32,000 nt of DNA from Candidatus Velamenicoccus archaeovorus (GTDB taxonomy: Bacteria; Omnitrophota; Gorgyraeia; Velamenicoccales; Velamenicoccaceae): assembly GCF_004102945.1 (NCBI RefSeq), contig NZ_CP019384.1, positions 1,020,001 through 1,052,000 of the forward strand, given 5' to 3'. Positions 1 to 7,763 of this stretch are shown here, one piece after another; positions within the stretch are counted from its first letter, which is position 1, and every line of letters starts with the position of its first letter. The position numbers were made by a program, and so were the translations under genes. The notes beneath the pieces are model-generated. The model made no database searches, was not told the origin of the DNA, and saw only the letters and a list, made by a program, of their open reading frames with translations.

Positions 1-129
1 CGCGTTCACCAGGCACAATCCTTCCTTGACGCCGCTCTTGGCGACGATCTCCCCGACGTCGGACGTGATATTGATAAACTCCTGCCTGTTCTTCGTCTGA
101 AACCAGAGATATTCCGTATAGGATCTCAT
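1..129 (-). CDS. YjbQ/UPF0047-family protein, N-terminal 43 codons only (gene continues past the left window edge)
   Basis: Not in the ORF track. The reverse complement from the ATG at 129..127 reads MRSYTEYLWFQTKNRQEFINITSDVGEIVAKSGVKEGLCLVNA with no stop to position 1. This N-terminal pattern (EFINIT ... SG..EGLCLV) is what I recall for UPF0047/YjbQ proteins. Confidence 0.65.
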   Translation of the reverse strand, partial: MRSYTEYLWFQTKNRQEFINITSDVGEIVAKSGVKEGLCLVNA

Positions 130-146
130 GATTCTAACTCGTTGAC

Positions 147-455
147 TCATTTAACAGGGTAAACCCGCCAACCCGTCAATTCTCTCTTGTATGCACACTG
201 ATACGAACCCGCCCAGGAACCGGAGATGACATTGCGCACGGGAACGCAAAGGAATTCGTTGCCGTGAACCGTCCGGCGCAGCCCAAAACGGTCCTCATAA
301 ATGCGGCAATAATAGCGGCCGTCTTCGCCGCACACAAGCTCGGAGCAGGGGTCTTTCTCAAACAGCCCGCAACAAGCGCCGCAGCGTTTACACAAAGCTT
401 CGTGATGCTCGGCGGATTTTTTCAAATACAACTCGTAGGAAGCTTCCTCATTCAT
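147..455 (-). CDS. YkgJ-family cysteine-cluster protein (UPF0153-like, CxxCxxCC)
   Basis: ORF 147..560. The track start at 560 is TTG and lies inside the upstream gene, so I use the ATG at 455 (MNEEASYELYLKK...). It contains CKRCGACCG plus further Cys residues (CSELVC, YYCRIY, LCVP). ATGA start/stop overlap with the upstream CDS at 452..455. Confidence 0.6.
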   Translation of the reverse strand: MNEEASYELYLKKSAEHHEALCKRCGACCGLFEKDPCSELVCGEDGRYYCRIYEDRFGLRRTVHGNEFLCVPVRNVISGSWAGSYQCAYKRELTGWRVYPVK

Positions 456-883
456 ATGCGACCCATTCTTATGCCGGGCTTCCAATACACGCACTTGACA
501 GAAGCGTTTTCTGTTATCTTGATGTCCGTTTCTTCTCCCAAGGCCACGACACCGTGCCAAAGGCCCTTTTTAAGAATAACAGGCTTGTCGAGAAGGAAAC
601 ACCTGATATCCGCGACTCTGCGCCTGCGGGCCACAAAAAGAAGCGCGCGCCCCTTGACCGGCTCAAAGCTTTCCAGGGAACCCGGATGCTGTTCCAGTCT
701 ATCTATAACTCTATCACGCACAACAAGATAGGCGATTCTCCAGCCCGTATGAGGCTGACGCACAACAATCCTGAATAGATTACGGCGGCCGGAAGCCGAC
801 CGGCGAGGATAATCGATGATCCGGCCGTAAGGCTTAAAATAAGACTCTTTAATGGAAAAAATACGCTGTTTTTGGAATGTCAT
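452..883 (-). CDS. cupin-like protein resembling ureidoglycolate lyase/hydrolase (AllA superfamily); function uncertain
   Basis: 143-aa ORF with ATG at 883. The segment LEQHPGSLESFEPVKGRALLFVA...FLLDKPVILKKGLWHGVVAL resembles the ErHP..Q.F.P..G...vvVa...F......gv....WH pattern of AllA-type cupins. This is from memory, not searched. Confidence 0.4.
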   Translation of the reverse strand: MTFQKQRIFSIKESYFKPYGRIIDYPRRSASGRRNLFRIVVRQPHTGWRIAYLVVRDRVIDRLEQHPGSLESFEPVKGRALLFVARRRRVADIRCFLLDKPVILKKGLWHGVVALGEETDIKITENASVKCVYWKPGIRMGRI

Positions 884-891
884 ATCTCTTT

Positions 892-920
892 ATATTACCG
901 AAAACATCCGGATTTTACAA
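892..920 (-). promoter_or_regulatory. sigma70-type promoter candidate TTGTAA-17nt-TAATAT, ending 8 nt upstream of the ATG at 883 (near-leaderless transcript)
   Basis: The minus strand reads cTTGTAAaatccggatgttttcggTAATATaaagagatATG. There is no Shine-Dalgarno between the -10 and the ATG. Confidence 0.4.
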
Positions 921-948
921 GACGAGTTTTTTCGGACGGGACGGCGGG

Positions 949-1629
949 TTAGGCGGGGAAATTCATGTATTTGTCCCAGAAACGGTATAATTCCCGCGTC
1001 GCAAAGACATCCCTGAGACAATAACGGGCAATGTCGCCGTGACGGCCGTCATGGAACAAGGCCTTGACATCAAGACCGGTCACGCCGTCTTCCTTGGGAC
1101 TCTTGATGCCGAAGGCATGACACCAGACGTGAAGGCTAAAGCGCCTGCGGACAGCGCCTAAAAACGTCAGCTTCTCCATCAGGTCGATATGCATGTTGGA
1201 GCGGTAACGGTCAGGCATCAGGTTCTTCGTGGCCTTCAGTTGGTTGATGGCGGACCGCACGAGGATGAAAGGACAATCGAAACCGCGGCCGTTGAACGTG
1301 ATGAAAGCATCATATTTCGAGAGACGGGACCAGAAGAGCTCCAGGAGCTGTTTCTCATTGGGGACGGAAAAATATTCCGCCTCTCCTTCCATGATCCGCT
1401 CAGGCTGCTTGCCGGGGACCTGGTAATACACAAAGGCCTTGTCCGTTTCAAGCTCCAGCATCGCGATCGTCACGATCTGCGCCGTCACAGGATAAAAACT
1501 CAGGGAATCGCGGACCTCCTGCTCTTCCTCGTCTGTCTTGGCGAATTTCAGCAGATACTCCTGCGTGCCCTTGTCGAACGCGTCTAATTCCGCTCCTACT
1601 GTCTCGATATCAAAAATAATCTTTGCCAT
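949..1629 (-). CDS. DEDD-type 3'-5' exonuclease, PolB-exonuclease-like (RNase H fold)
   Basis: 226-aa ORF with ATG at 1629. Exo I FDIET near the N-terminus, Exo II FNGRGFDCPF, Exo III YCLRDVFATRELY. The start lies 20 nt inside the 3' end of the helicase gene (1610..1629 overlap). Confidence 0.7.
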   Translation of the reverse strand: MAKIIFDIETVGAELDAFDKGTQEYLLKFAKTDEEEQEVRDSLSFYPVTAQIVTIAMLELETDKAFVYYQVPGKQPERIMEGEAEYFSVPNEKQLLELFWSRLSKYDAFITFNGRGFDCPFILVRSAINQLKATKNLMPDRYRSNMHIDLMEKLTFLGAVRRRFSLHVWCHAFGIKSPKEDGVTGLDVKALFHDGRHGDIARYCLRDVFATRELYRFWDKYMNFPA

Positions 1630-3655
1630 TGTCCATCTCGAAGTAATCCGTCAGTTTACGATAAAGTTCATCCTTATCCATCCGGCGCGTTCCGGTCTGA
1701 TCAAGCGCGAACCCCTCATCTTCATACCACGCATAATCGGTCCGGATCTTCTCCAATACCCTCGGCTCCGAGACAAAACGCGACAGCCGGTTAAAACTGC
1801 TCATCCCGCCGTTGCGGCCCTCGTTATGCAGAGAAAAATGCAGATATTTTCTGGCGCGCGTGACCGCCACATAAAGGAGCCGCCGCTCTTCCTCGATCGC
1901 CTCCTCGTCGTCAAGCGCATAAGACACTGGGATGCTGCCGTCGACCAGGGCGATCACGAAGACGACCTCCCACTCCAGACCCTTGGCGGAGTGGACCGTC
2001 GATAAGGTGACGGGACGCTCGTCTTCTTTTTTGCCCTCTGCTTCCAAAACGCTGCGCTCCGGCGGTTCGATCGTGACAAAATCAACAAGAAACTGTTCAA
2101 GCGACGTATAACCGCTGGAGATCTCAACAAACGCTTCCAAGTCTTCCTGACGCGCCGGGTAATCGTCGAATTTCTTCTTCAAGATAGGCGTGTAAAACTG
2201 GATGACTTTCTTGATTTTCTTCTCGATCGTCTCAATGCCCGGCAGAAGACGAAAGAGCTCCGCCAGCTTCAACAGCTCCCTGCGGGCCTCCGCGCTCTTG
2301 ACGACAAGCGCGAGGTCGGCTTCCAGACGCTGGGTGTCGGCGCCGAGGATGATCTCCTTGACGCGTTCGGCCGTGCGCGGCCCGATCCCGTCCAAGAGCA
2401 TCAGGATCCTGGCGATCGATATCTCATCCTTGGGGTTATGATGGGCTTTCAGAAAAGCCATCACGTCCTTGACATGGGCTGTCTCGATGAACTTCATTCC
2501 TCCGAAGACGGCAAAGGGGATATTAAGCTTGGAGAGGGCCAACTGAACCGGCAACGACAGGTAGTTCGACCTGTAGAGCACCCCCAGGGAACCCAGGGGC
2601 ACCCCTTCATCCCTGTATTCCTTGATCTTATGCGCCACCCATTCGGCCTCGCTGAACGCGTCCTTAAAATAGGACAAGGTGGGCTTCTCGTCTCCCGGCT
2701 GTGTCGTAAAAAGCACCTTGGAATATTTCTGTTTCTCCCCTTCGATGACGGCATTGGCCACATCCAGGATCGGCTGTGTGGAACGATAGTTGTATTCCAG
2801 CTTGATGATCTTCGTGTCGGGAAAACGCTTGGGGAACTCGAACATATTTTTATAATAAGCGCCCCGGAAACTGTAGATGCTCTGCGTGTCGTCGCCCACG
2901 GCCATGCAATTATTGTGCCTGGCGCCAAGAGAATAAACGATATCCGCCTGGATCTTATTGGTGTCCTGGAATTCGTCGACCATGACATACCGGAAATGCG
3001 CCGCGGCCTTCTCGTTGATAGCGGTGTTCTCAAGCAAAAATTTGAGATAGATCAGCATGTCGTCATAATCGATAAGATTGCGCTCCAGCTTGAATTGCGT
3101 ATACATCTTGCGCAGTTCCTCCAGGGGGGCCGACAAAGGCACAAAATGCGGATAATCCTTGGCCAGGACGTCCCGGATCGGCTGGTTGCGGTTCGTGCTC
3201 ATGCTCAGGACGGCCCGCAGCGTGTCTTTTTTCGGAAAGCGGGACTTGTCCTCAAGGAAACCGGCCTTGGCGGCCAGAAGATGCAAGAGGTCGGCGCTGT
3301 CGGCTTCATCCAAAAATGAGATGATATCGCCCAAACCCAGGACGCTCTTATATTGCCGGATCAGCCGGTAGGCGAAAGAATGGAATGTCCCTCCTTCGAT
3401 CTTGCGGCACCGGGGATCGTGCAAAGAGGCACGGCCGAGCATTTCGCGCGCCGCCTTGCGCGTGAAAGTCAACAACAGGATCTGCTCCGGAAGAATGCCG
3501 TTCTCTATCATGTAAAGGCAGCGGTATTCGATGACCCTCGTCTTTCCTGTTCCGGCCCCTGCGACGACAAGCAGCGGGCCTTCCATCGTCGTGACGGCGT
3601 CCCATTGGGCTGGATTCAGTACGGATTTAAAATCCTCTATCTTGCTAGTTTTCAT
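1610..3655 (-). CDS. UvrD/Rep/PcrA-family SF1 DNA helicase
   Basis: ORF 1610..3718. I favour the ATG at 3655 (MKTSKIEDFKSVLNPAQWDAV, with GAAGG about 9 nt upstream) over the ATG at 3718, which has no SD. Walker A AGAGTGKT, motif II VDEFQD, then TVHSAKGLEW and VAVTRAR motifs. Confidence 0.9.
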   Translation of the reverse strand: MKTSKIEDFKSVLNPAQWDAVTTMEGPLLVVAGAGTGKTRVIEYRCLYMIENGILPEQILLLTFTRKAAREMLGRASLHDPRCRKIEGGTFHSFAYRLIRQYKSVLGLGDIISFLDEADSADLLHLLAAKAGFLEDKSRFPKKDTLRAVLSMSTNRNQPIRDVLAKDYPHFVPLSAPLEELRKMYTQFKLERNLIDYDDMLIYLKFLLENTAINEKAAAHFRYVMVDEFQDTNKIQADIVYSLGARHNNCMAVGDDTQSIYSFRGAYYKNMFEFPKRFPDTKIIKLEYNYRSTQPILDVANAVIEGEKQKYSKVLFTTQPGDEKPTLSYFKDAFSEAEWVAHKIKEYRDEGVPLGSLGVLYRSNYLSLPVQLALSKLNIPFAVFGGMKFIETAHVKDVMAFLKAHHNPKDEISIARILMLLDGIGPRTAERVKEIILGADTQRLEADLALVVKSAEARRELLKLAELFRLLPGIETIEKKIKKVIQFYTPILKKKFDDYPARQEDLEAFVEISSGYTSLEQFLVDFVTIEPPERSVLEAEGKKEDERPVTLSTVHSAKGLEWEVVFVIALVDGSIPVSYALDDEEAIEEERRLLYVAVTRARKYLHFSLHNEGRNGGMSSFNRLSRFVSEPRVLEKIRTDYAWYEDEGFALDQTGTRRMDKDELYRKLTDYFEMDNGKDYF

Positions 3656-3751
3656 TAAAGGGACCTTCAGCGATAAACAGCCGGATACGAAATCCTTGCG
3701 GCTCTTCCAAGAGGACATTTCCCGGGAAATCCGGGGTCGGGAAAGGACGGT

Positions 3752-5137
3752 CTATTCTGGCTTGTCTTCCTTGGCCTTGGGCTGAAAACCAGGAATAAGA
3801 GTCTCTCTTTTCGATTTTTGCTTGTCACGAGAGGCGTCCGCGGGTTTATCCCGTGCCGCATCGGGAGTTTTCTCCACCGGCTTTTCGCCGGAAGGCGCAG
3901 CCGCCACCTCCTTCTTTTCTGCTGGCGGCGCTGCAGGCGGGACCGGCCTATTGGCGTTGGTGAACCCCGCCGGAGAACTTTTGTCTTTCGCCGACGACGT
4001 TGAAACATCTTCAGTTCTTGATCCGGCGGGCGGCTTCTCTAACGGGGTAAACTTAAAAGGCTCATCGGCCGGCGGCGTCTTCGGCTTCTCCTCTTCTGCT
4101 TTTGGGGTTTCGGCCTTGAAAAATTCCACATCGCCCGGAACGCCCTTCTTGATATCCAATTTGACCTGCTGGCTTTTAGGAAAACCCGGGATCTCGTCGC
4201 TCTTGAGAGCTTCCGGCCCGGAATCCTTCTTCTCAATCCCTGTATCGATCCCGAATTTTTTCTCAATCGTTTCGTCTTTCGCTTTGGACGGCACCTGGTC
4301 AGGAGCCCTGAGGGAGGTTTGTTCCGTTTTCAGAGGCCCGACCTTTGGCGCTTCAGGCTTTGGGGACTCGGCTTTAGGCGGCTCAGATTTGGCCGCCTCG
4401 GGCTTCGGCACCTCGAGCTTAAAATACGTCTCGGGTCTTGGCGGCTCCGGTCTTGGAGATTCAGTCTTTAGTTTTTCTTCTCCCTGGGGCGGCTCGGCTT
4501 TCGGGGATTCGATCTTTTGGGGATCGGCTTGAGGAGGTTCGGTTTTCGGAGGCTCGGGCTTGGGTGGTTCGGTCTTAGGTGCCGGCTGCCCCTTGGCCTT
4601 TTCCAAACCGGCCATCCTCAGATTCTGGATCTCGGCCTCCAATTCATTATACTGCCCCTTGAGGCCGTCAAACATCTCACTCTTTGTTTTGAGCTGGCCC
4701 TTAACAACTTCCAATTCCTTCTGGACCTTTTCAAACTCTGACTCGCGCAAAGAAAGCTCGCCTTCCATCTTCTGCCTTGCAATCGTCTCCTGCTGGGCGA
4801 TCATGTCTTTTTGCTTGACCTCGTCCTTGAAAACCGCCAGCTCTTCCTTGAATTTGTCCGATTGCTTGGCCTTCTGCTGAAGATCGGCATTTTCACGTCT
4901 AAAAATCTCTGCGTCGTCCTTGGCCTTGAAAAATTCTTCCTCAAGCTTCTGGCGGTCCTCCATGAGCTTCTTCAACTCGCCGTCTTTCTGCAAAAGCTGG
5001 GATTCAAGATCTGTTATCCGGCGCGCCTTGGCGTCTTCGGCAGCTTTGCCTTTTTGGGCGTCATCCGACGAAGTTTTCAAAATCAGGGCCACCAGGCCGA
5101 GAAACCCGACAAGCAGAACACCTATGATGATCTCCAT
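3752..5137 (-). CDS. membrane-anchored coiled-coil protein with Pro/Glu/Lys-rich (PKxEPPK-like) repeat region
   Basis: 461-aa ORF with ATG at 5137. It has an N-terminal hydrophobic helix MEIIIGVLLVGFLGLVALIL and about 150 aa of E/K/Q-rich heptad-like sequence. Degenerate repeats follow (PAPKTEPPKPEPPKTEPPQADPQKIESPKAEPP ... PRPEPPRPE ... PKPEAAKSEPPKAESPKPEAPK), then a low-complexity P/A/K/D tail. No recognisable globular C-terminal domain. Confidence 0.7.
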   Translation of the reverse strand: MEIIIGVLLVGFLGLVALILKTSSDDAQKGKAAEDAKARRITDLESQLLQKDGELKKLMEDRQKLEEEFFKAKDDAEIFRRENADLQQKAKQSDKFKEELAVFKDEVKQKDMIAQQETIARQKMEGELSLRESEFEKVQKELEVVKGQLKTKSEMFDGLKGQYNELEAEIQNLRMAGLEKAKGQPAPKTEPPKPEPPKTEPPQADPQKIESPKAEPPQGEEKLKTESPRPEPPRPETYFKLEVPKPEAAKSEPPKAESPKPEAPKVGPLKTEQTSLRAPDQVPSKAKDETIEKKFGIDTGIEKKDSGPEALKSDEIPGFPKSQQVKLDIKKGVPGDVEFFKAETPKAEEEKPKTPPADEPFKFTPLEKPPAGSRTEDVSTSSAKDKSSPAGFTNANRPVPPAAPPAEKKEVAAAPSGEKPVEKTPDAARDKPADASRDKQKSKRETLIPGFQPKAKEDKPE

Positions 5138-5160
5138 CCCTCATCCCCCCCGATTGGACC

Positions 5161-6093
5161 TTAAACTTCCACCTCTTGGGCGTAACTGGATTCTATCGTC
5201 TTGATCAAATCAACCAAGAGCGCGTTCACCGGCGTTTTAATGCCGAGGCTCTGGGCCTGGCGCACGATGGCGCCGTTGATGGCGTCTATCTCTGTCGGTT
5301 TTTTTCGCAGGACATCGGCGAGCATGCTGGAGACATTCTCGGCCGTCGCCTCGCAGACGGATTCGGCCTTAGCCAGCACGTCGTCATAAAGAAGCTTGAT
5401 GCGTTTGCGCTTGGCGACCTTGTGCGCTTCCGTGATGGCGCCCTCGGCGATGCGACGGGAACCTTCGTAAGCCATGATCCTGCCGTTCGTCAAGCGCGTC
5501 ACGGCCGCAACCGCATTGATGCCGGCGTTAATGATGAGTTTAGACCAAAGGACGGCATGAATGTCGCGCGACAATTTTACGGCCAGCTTCGTTTTCTGGA
5601 AAAGCTCTCTCAGCGTTTTGAGCTCGGCGCCCAGGGAACCGTCAGCGCGGCCGAGGATCACATCTCCCTCGCCCGCATAGCGACTCACGCCTTCCTCTGT
5701 AAGTGTCGCGCCAAGATTGGTGACGGCGAGGACAACCCGCGATTCCCCGAAGGCATCCGACAAGAGCTCAACATTGCCTGCGCCGTTTTGGAACGATACG
5801 ATAAAACCCTGCGCACCCACATGAGACGAGATGGCACGAATGACGGATTTCGTATCATAGGACTTGACGCAAACGAACCAAAAATCGGCATCCCTGCCTG
5901 CGGTCGCATCCGTTGTTATCTGGACGTCCGCAAATTTTGCATTCATGAGACCTTCGATCCGGATGCCGTTCTTGGCAAGCAAAGCGGCCCTCGCCGGATT
6001 CTTATCCAAGACCAAGACTTCGTGCCTGGTTTTGGACAGCAAACCGTAGAGCAACAGCCCCATGGCCCCTGGTCCGACGACGACAATTTTCAT
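5161..6093 (-). CDS. panE: 2-dehydropantoate 2-reductase (ketopantoate reductase)
   Basis: 310-aa ORF. Rossmann VVGPGAMG, CVKSYD, FQNGAGN, LWSKLIINAGINA and SSMLADVLRKKPTEIDAINGAIV motifs of the ApbA/PanE family. GAGGG SD 5 nt upstream of ATG 6093. Confidence 0.8.
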   Translation of the reverse strand: MKIVVVGPGAMGLLLYGLLSKTRHEVLVLDKNPARAALLAKNGIRIEGLMNAKFADVQITTDATAGRDADFWFVCVKSYDTKSVIRAISSHVGAQGFIVSFQNGAGNVELLSDAFGESRVVLAVTNLGATLTEEGVSRYAGEGDVILGRADGSLGAELKTLRELFQKTKLAVKLSRDIHAVLWSKLIINAGINAVAAVTRLTNGRIMAYEGSRRIAEGAITEAHKVAKRKRIKLLYDDVLAKAESVCEATAENVSSMLADVLRKKPTEIDAINGAIVRQAQSLGIKTPVNALLVDLIKTIESSYAQEVEV

Positions 6094-6129
6094 GGATCCC
6101 TCATCTGCTTTCCGCTTAACATAACATAG

Positions 6130-6498
6130 TTATTGACCTTTGTCTATAGAATCGCGTGCTTGGCTGCGACGATTTTGGTGCGAGACAAGGAGCGAGGACG
6201 CCAGCGTAGTCGCAGCACTACGCCAAGGACGAGCGACGCCGTCGCAGCCCAAAAGCGTCCAGCCCACAAAGGGCGGACCTCCGCATTCCACTTTGAGGAG
6301 GGTCCAGCCCACAAAGGGCGGACCTCCGCATTCCACTTTGAGGAGGGTCCAGCTCAGAAGGGGAAGCCCGTCTTTTGTCCATCTGCTTCGTTGCTCCTCC
6401 TCGGCGTATCGCAGCGGATACGCCTTCGTCGTCGCGCCCTCGCATACAGCCAAAACTCGGGCTTCCAAGCGTACGATTCTATAGACAAAGGCCAATAA
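6130..6498. mobile_element. non-autonomous modular palindromic element (MITE/BOX-like): 25-bp TIRs, diverged inverted arms, central 45-bp tandem units
   Basis: TTATTGACCTTTGTCTATAGAATCG (6130-6154) matches the reverse complement of 6474-6498 at 24/25 positions. The inner arms are recognisably inverted copies of each other. The mirror-image 121-aa ORFs on both strands (6130..6495 -, 6133..6498 +) are a by-product of this symmetry. No transposase in the window. Confidence 0.7.
6257..6356. repeat. 45-bp tandem repeat, two identical copies plus a truncated third
   Basis: GTCCAGCCCACAAAGGGCGGACCTCCGCATTCCACTTTGAGGAGG occurs at 6257-6301 and again at 6302-6346. A third copy starts at 6347 (GTCCAGCTCAGAAGG) and decays. 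Confidence 0.95.
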
Positions 6499-6500
6499 AC

Positions 6501-7244
6501 CTAAAGGTCAAGAATTTCATGGATCTTCTCGCGGGTTTTCATGGCCTTTCCGACATGAAAACGCACAAAACAGTGCAAGATCTCTTCAAGCTGTCTGCGC
6601 ACACCCGGCATCAGCTTCAACCGCAGGCAATCGACCCACGACGACCGCTCAATATAAAGGATGGAGGCGATCGTCCCTGGAAGGACGGCCGCTGAAGCAA
6701 AATCGGCCGAAAGACACCTGCGGCACAAGAGGCCGCCTTTCTGAAGGCTAAAAAAGGCCTCGGAGGTCAATGGAGTTTCACAAGAAAGGCAGGAATCAAA
6801 ATGAGGCTTAAAACCCGAAAGCGCCAGGATCTTGATCATAAAAACGTTGCGCATGTCATGGGGAGGTTTTTTGAGGGCCCGCAGGAATTCCAGGACCAAA
6901 GCAAAAACCGCAGGATTGGCGTCTTCCAAGGGCATCAAGAGATCCATGAGCTCGGAACAAAAATGGGCATAGCTGAAGCTCCTTAGATCATCTCCCCTGA
7001 TCTCAAAGTCGTCCAGGAGATCGCATTGGCCCACAAGGTGGATCTCGGAATGACGCTTTCTATAAAAAACGATGTGGTTGAGCGACAATAACGGCAGGCT
7101 GGAACCGAATTTACGCGGGTCGCGGCGGATCCCCTTGAGGACCCCTTTGACCTTGCCGAAATCGCGCGTAAAAAAAACCGCGATCTTGCTGGTCTCGCGG
7201 AAATCAAAAGTCCTTAAAACGACTGCGGGCGTCGCACAGATCAT
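6501..7244 (-). CDS. recO: DNA repair protein RecO
   Basis: 247-aa ORF with ATG at 7244. N-terminal OB-fold pattern (AVVLRTFDFRETSKIAVFFTRDFGKVKGVLKG) and C-terminal Cys pairs (CLSCETP ... LLCRRC). Conserved position downstream of ybeY. Confidence 0.85.
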   Translation of the reverse strand: MICATPAVVLRTFDFRETSKIAVFFTRDFGKVKGVLKGIRRDPRKFGSSLPLLSLNHIVFYRKRHSEIHLVGQCDLLDDFEIRGDDLRSFSYAHFCSELMDLLMPLEDANPAVFALVLEFLRALKKPPHDMRNVFMIKILALSGFKPHFDSCLSCETPLTSEAFFSLQKGGLLCRRCLSADFASAAVLPGTIASILYIERSSWVDCLRLKLMPGVRRQLEEILHCFVRFHVGKAMKTREKIHEILDL

Positions 7245-7253
7245 GGTCCGGAT

Positions 7254-7763
7254 TCACCGTTGAGACGAAAGACCGCGCACGAGTTCTTCCTGGCGGCGCC
7301 ACATCTTTCGGCGCGTGCGCGGCGTCAGATCGTCGTAGCCCAAAAGATGCAATAGGCCGTGGATGACATAACGCAGGATTTCTTGCGCGGGGTTGATGTC
7401 CAGGCGCGCGGCTGTCCGATGGGCCGTCTGGACGGAAACGACGACGTCGGCAAAAACAAAATCAGCCGTCCCTTGCCCCGATAGGTCGAAACTCAAAACA
7501 TCCGTCGGCCGGGACGCACCCTTGAACAGCCGGTTCAGTTTTTCGATAAAACCATCATCGACGAATTGAATGGAGAGATGGGCGTTACGCACTCCCTCGG
7601 CCGCAAGCACGCGGCCCACAACACGCCGGATCGTCCCATCCGGCGGCACGGCCTTGCGTGAACGGTTGCGGATATCAATGCAGACGCCCCGGCGCAGTAC
7701 AGCCAGACATGGCCGGCGGGTCGCCGCGCAAAACAGGCGTTTATGGTTTTTTCGTCGCTTCAC
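7254..7763 (-). CDS. ybeY: rRNA maturation endoribonuclease YbeY
   Basis: PTDVLSF and the zinc-binding HGLLHLLGYDD motif. The track start at 7763 is GTG and overlaps the upstream CDS by 23 nt. There is no in-frame ATG before the conserved core, so the N-terminus is uncertain. Confidence 0.85.
   Translation of the reverse strand: MKRRKNHKRLFCAATRRPCLAVLRRGVCIDIRNRSRKAVPPDGTIRRVVGRVLAAEGVRNAHLSIQFVDDGFIEKLNRLFKGASRPTDVLSFDLSGQGTADFVFADVVVSVQTAHRTAARLDINPAQEILRYVIHGLLHLLGYDDLTPRTRRKMWRRQEELVRGLSSQR

Noticed and set aside
2438-3319. Long plus-strand ORFs antisense to real genes: 2438..3319, 5176..6129, 7570..8481, 11446..12726, 12981..13781, 15544..16551, 20098..20757, 21672..22877, 26456..27175, 28761..29624 and 29294..29914, among others.
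   Set aside because: Each lies entirely within a minus-strand gene that has strong family motifs. The translations are low-complexity (R/G/A/L/D-rich) shadow ORFs typical of GC-rich DNA, with no SDs.
949-3718. Helicase + nuclease pair as an anti-phage defence system (Gabija-like or similar).
   Set aside because: The nuclease is a DEDD exonuclease, not an OLD/TOPRIM ATPase-nuclease. No methylase, ATPase or other partner is present. The context is housekeeping with no mobile-element or island hallmarks.
6130-6498. Two 121-aa ORFs on opposite strands (6130..6495 minus, 6133..6498 plus), plus 114-aa and 75-aa ORFs in the same span.
   Set aside because: They begin and end with near-identical peptides (M.FVYRI ... 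DSIDKGQ) only because the DNA is a long inverted repeat. The middle of each translates the 45-bp tandem unit. There is no SD and no protein-like composition.
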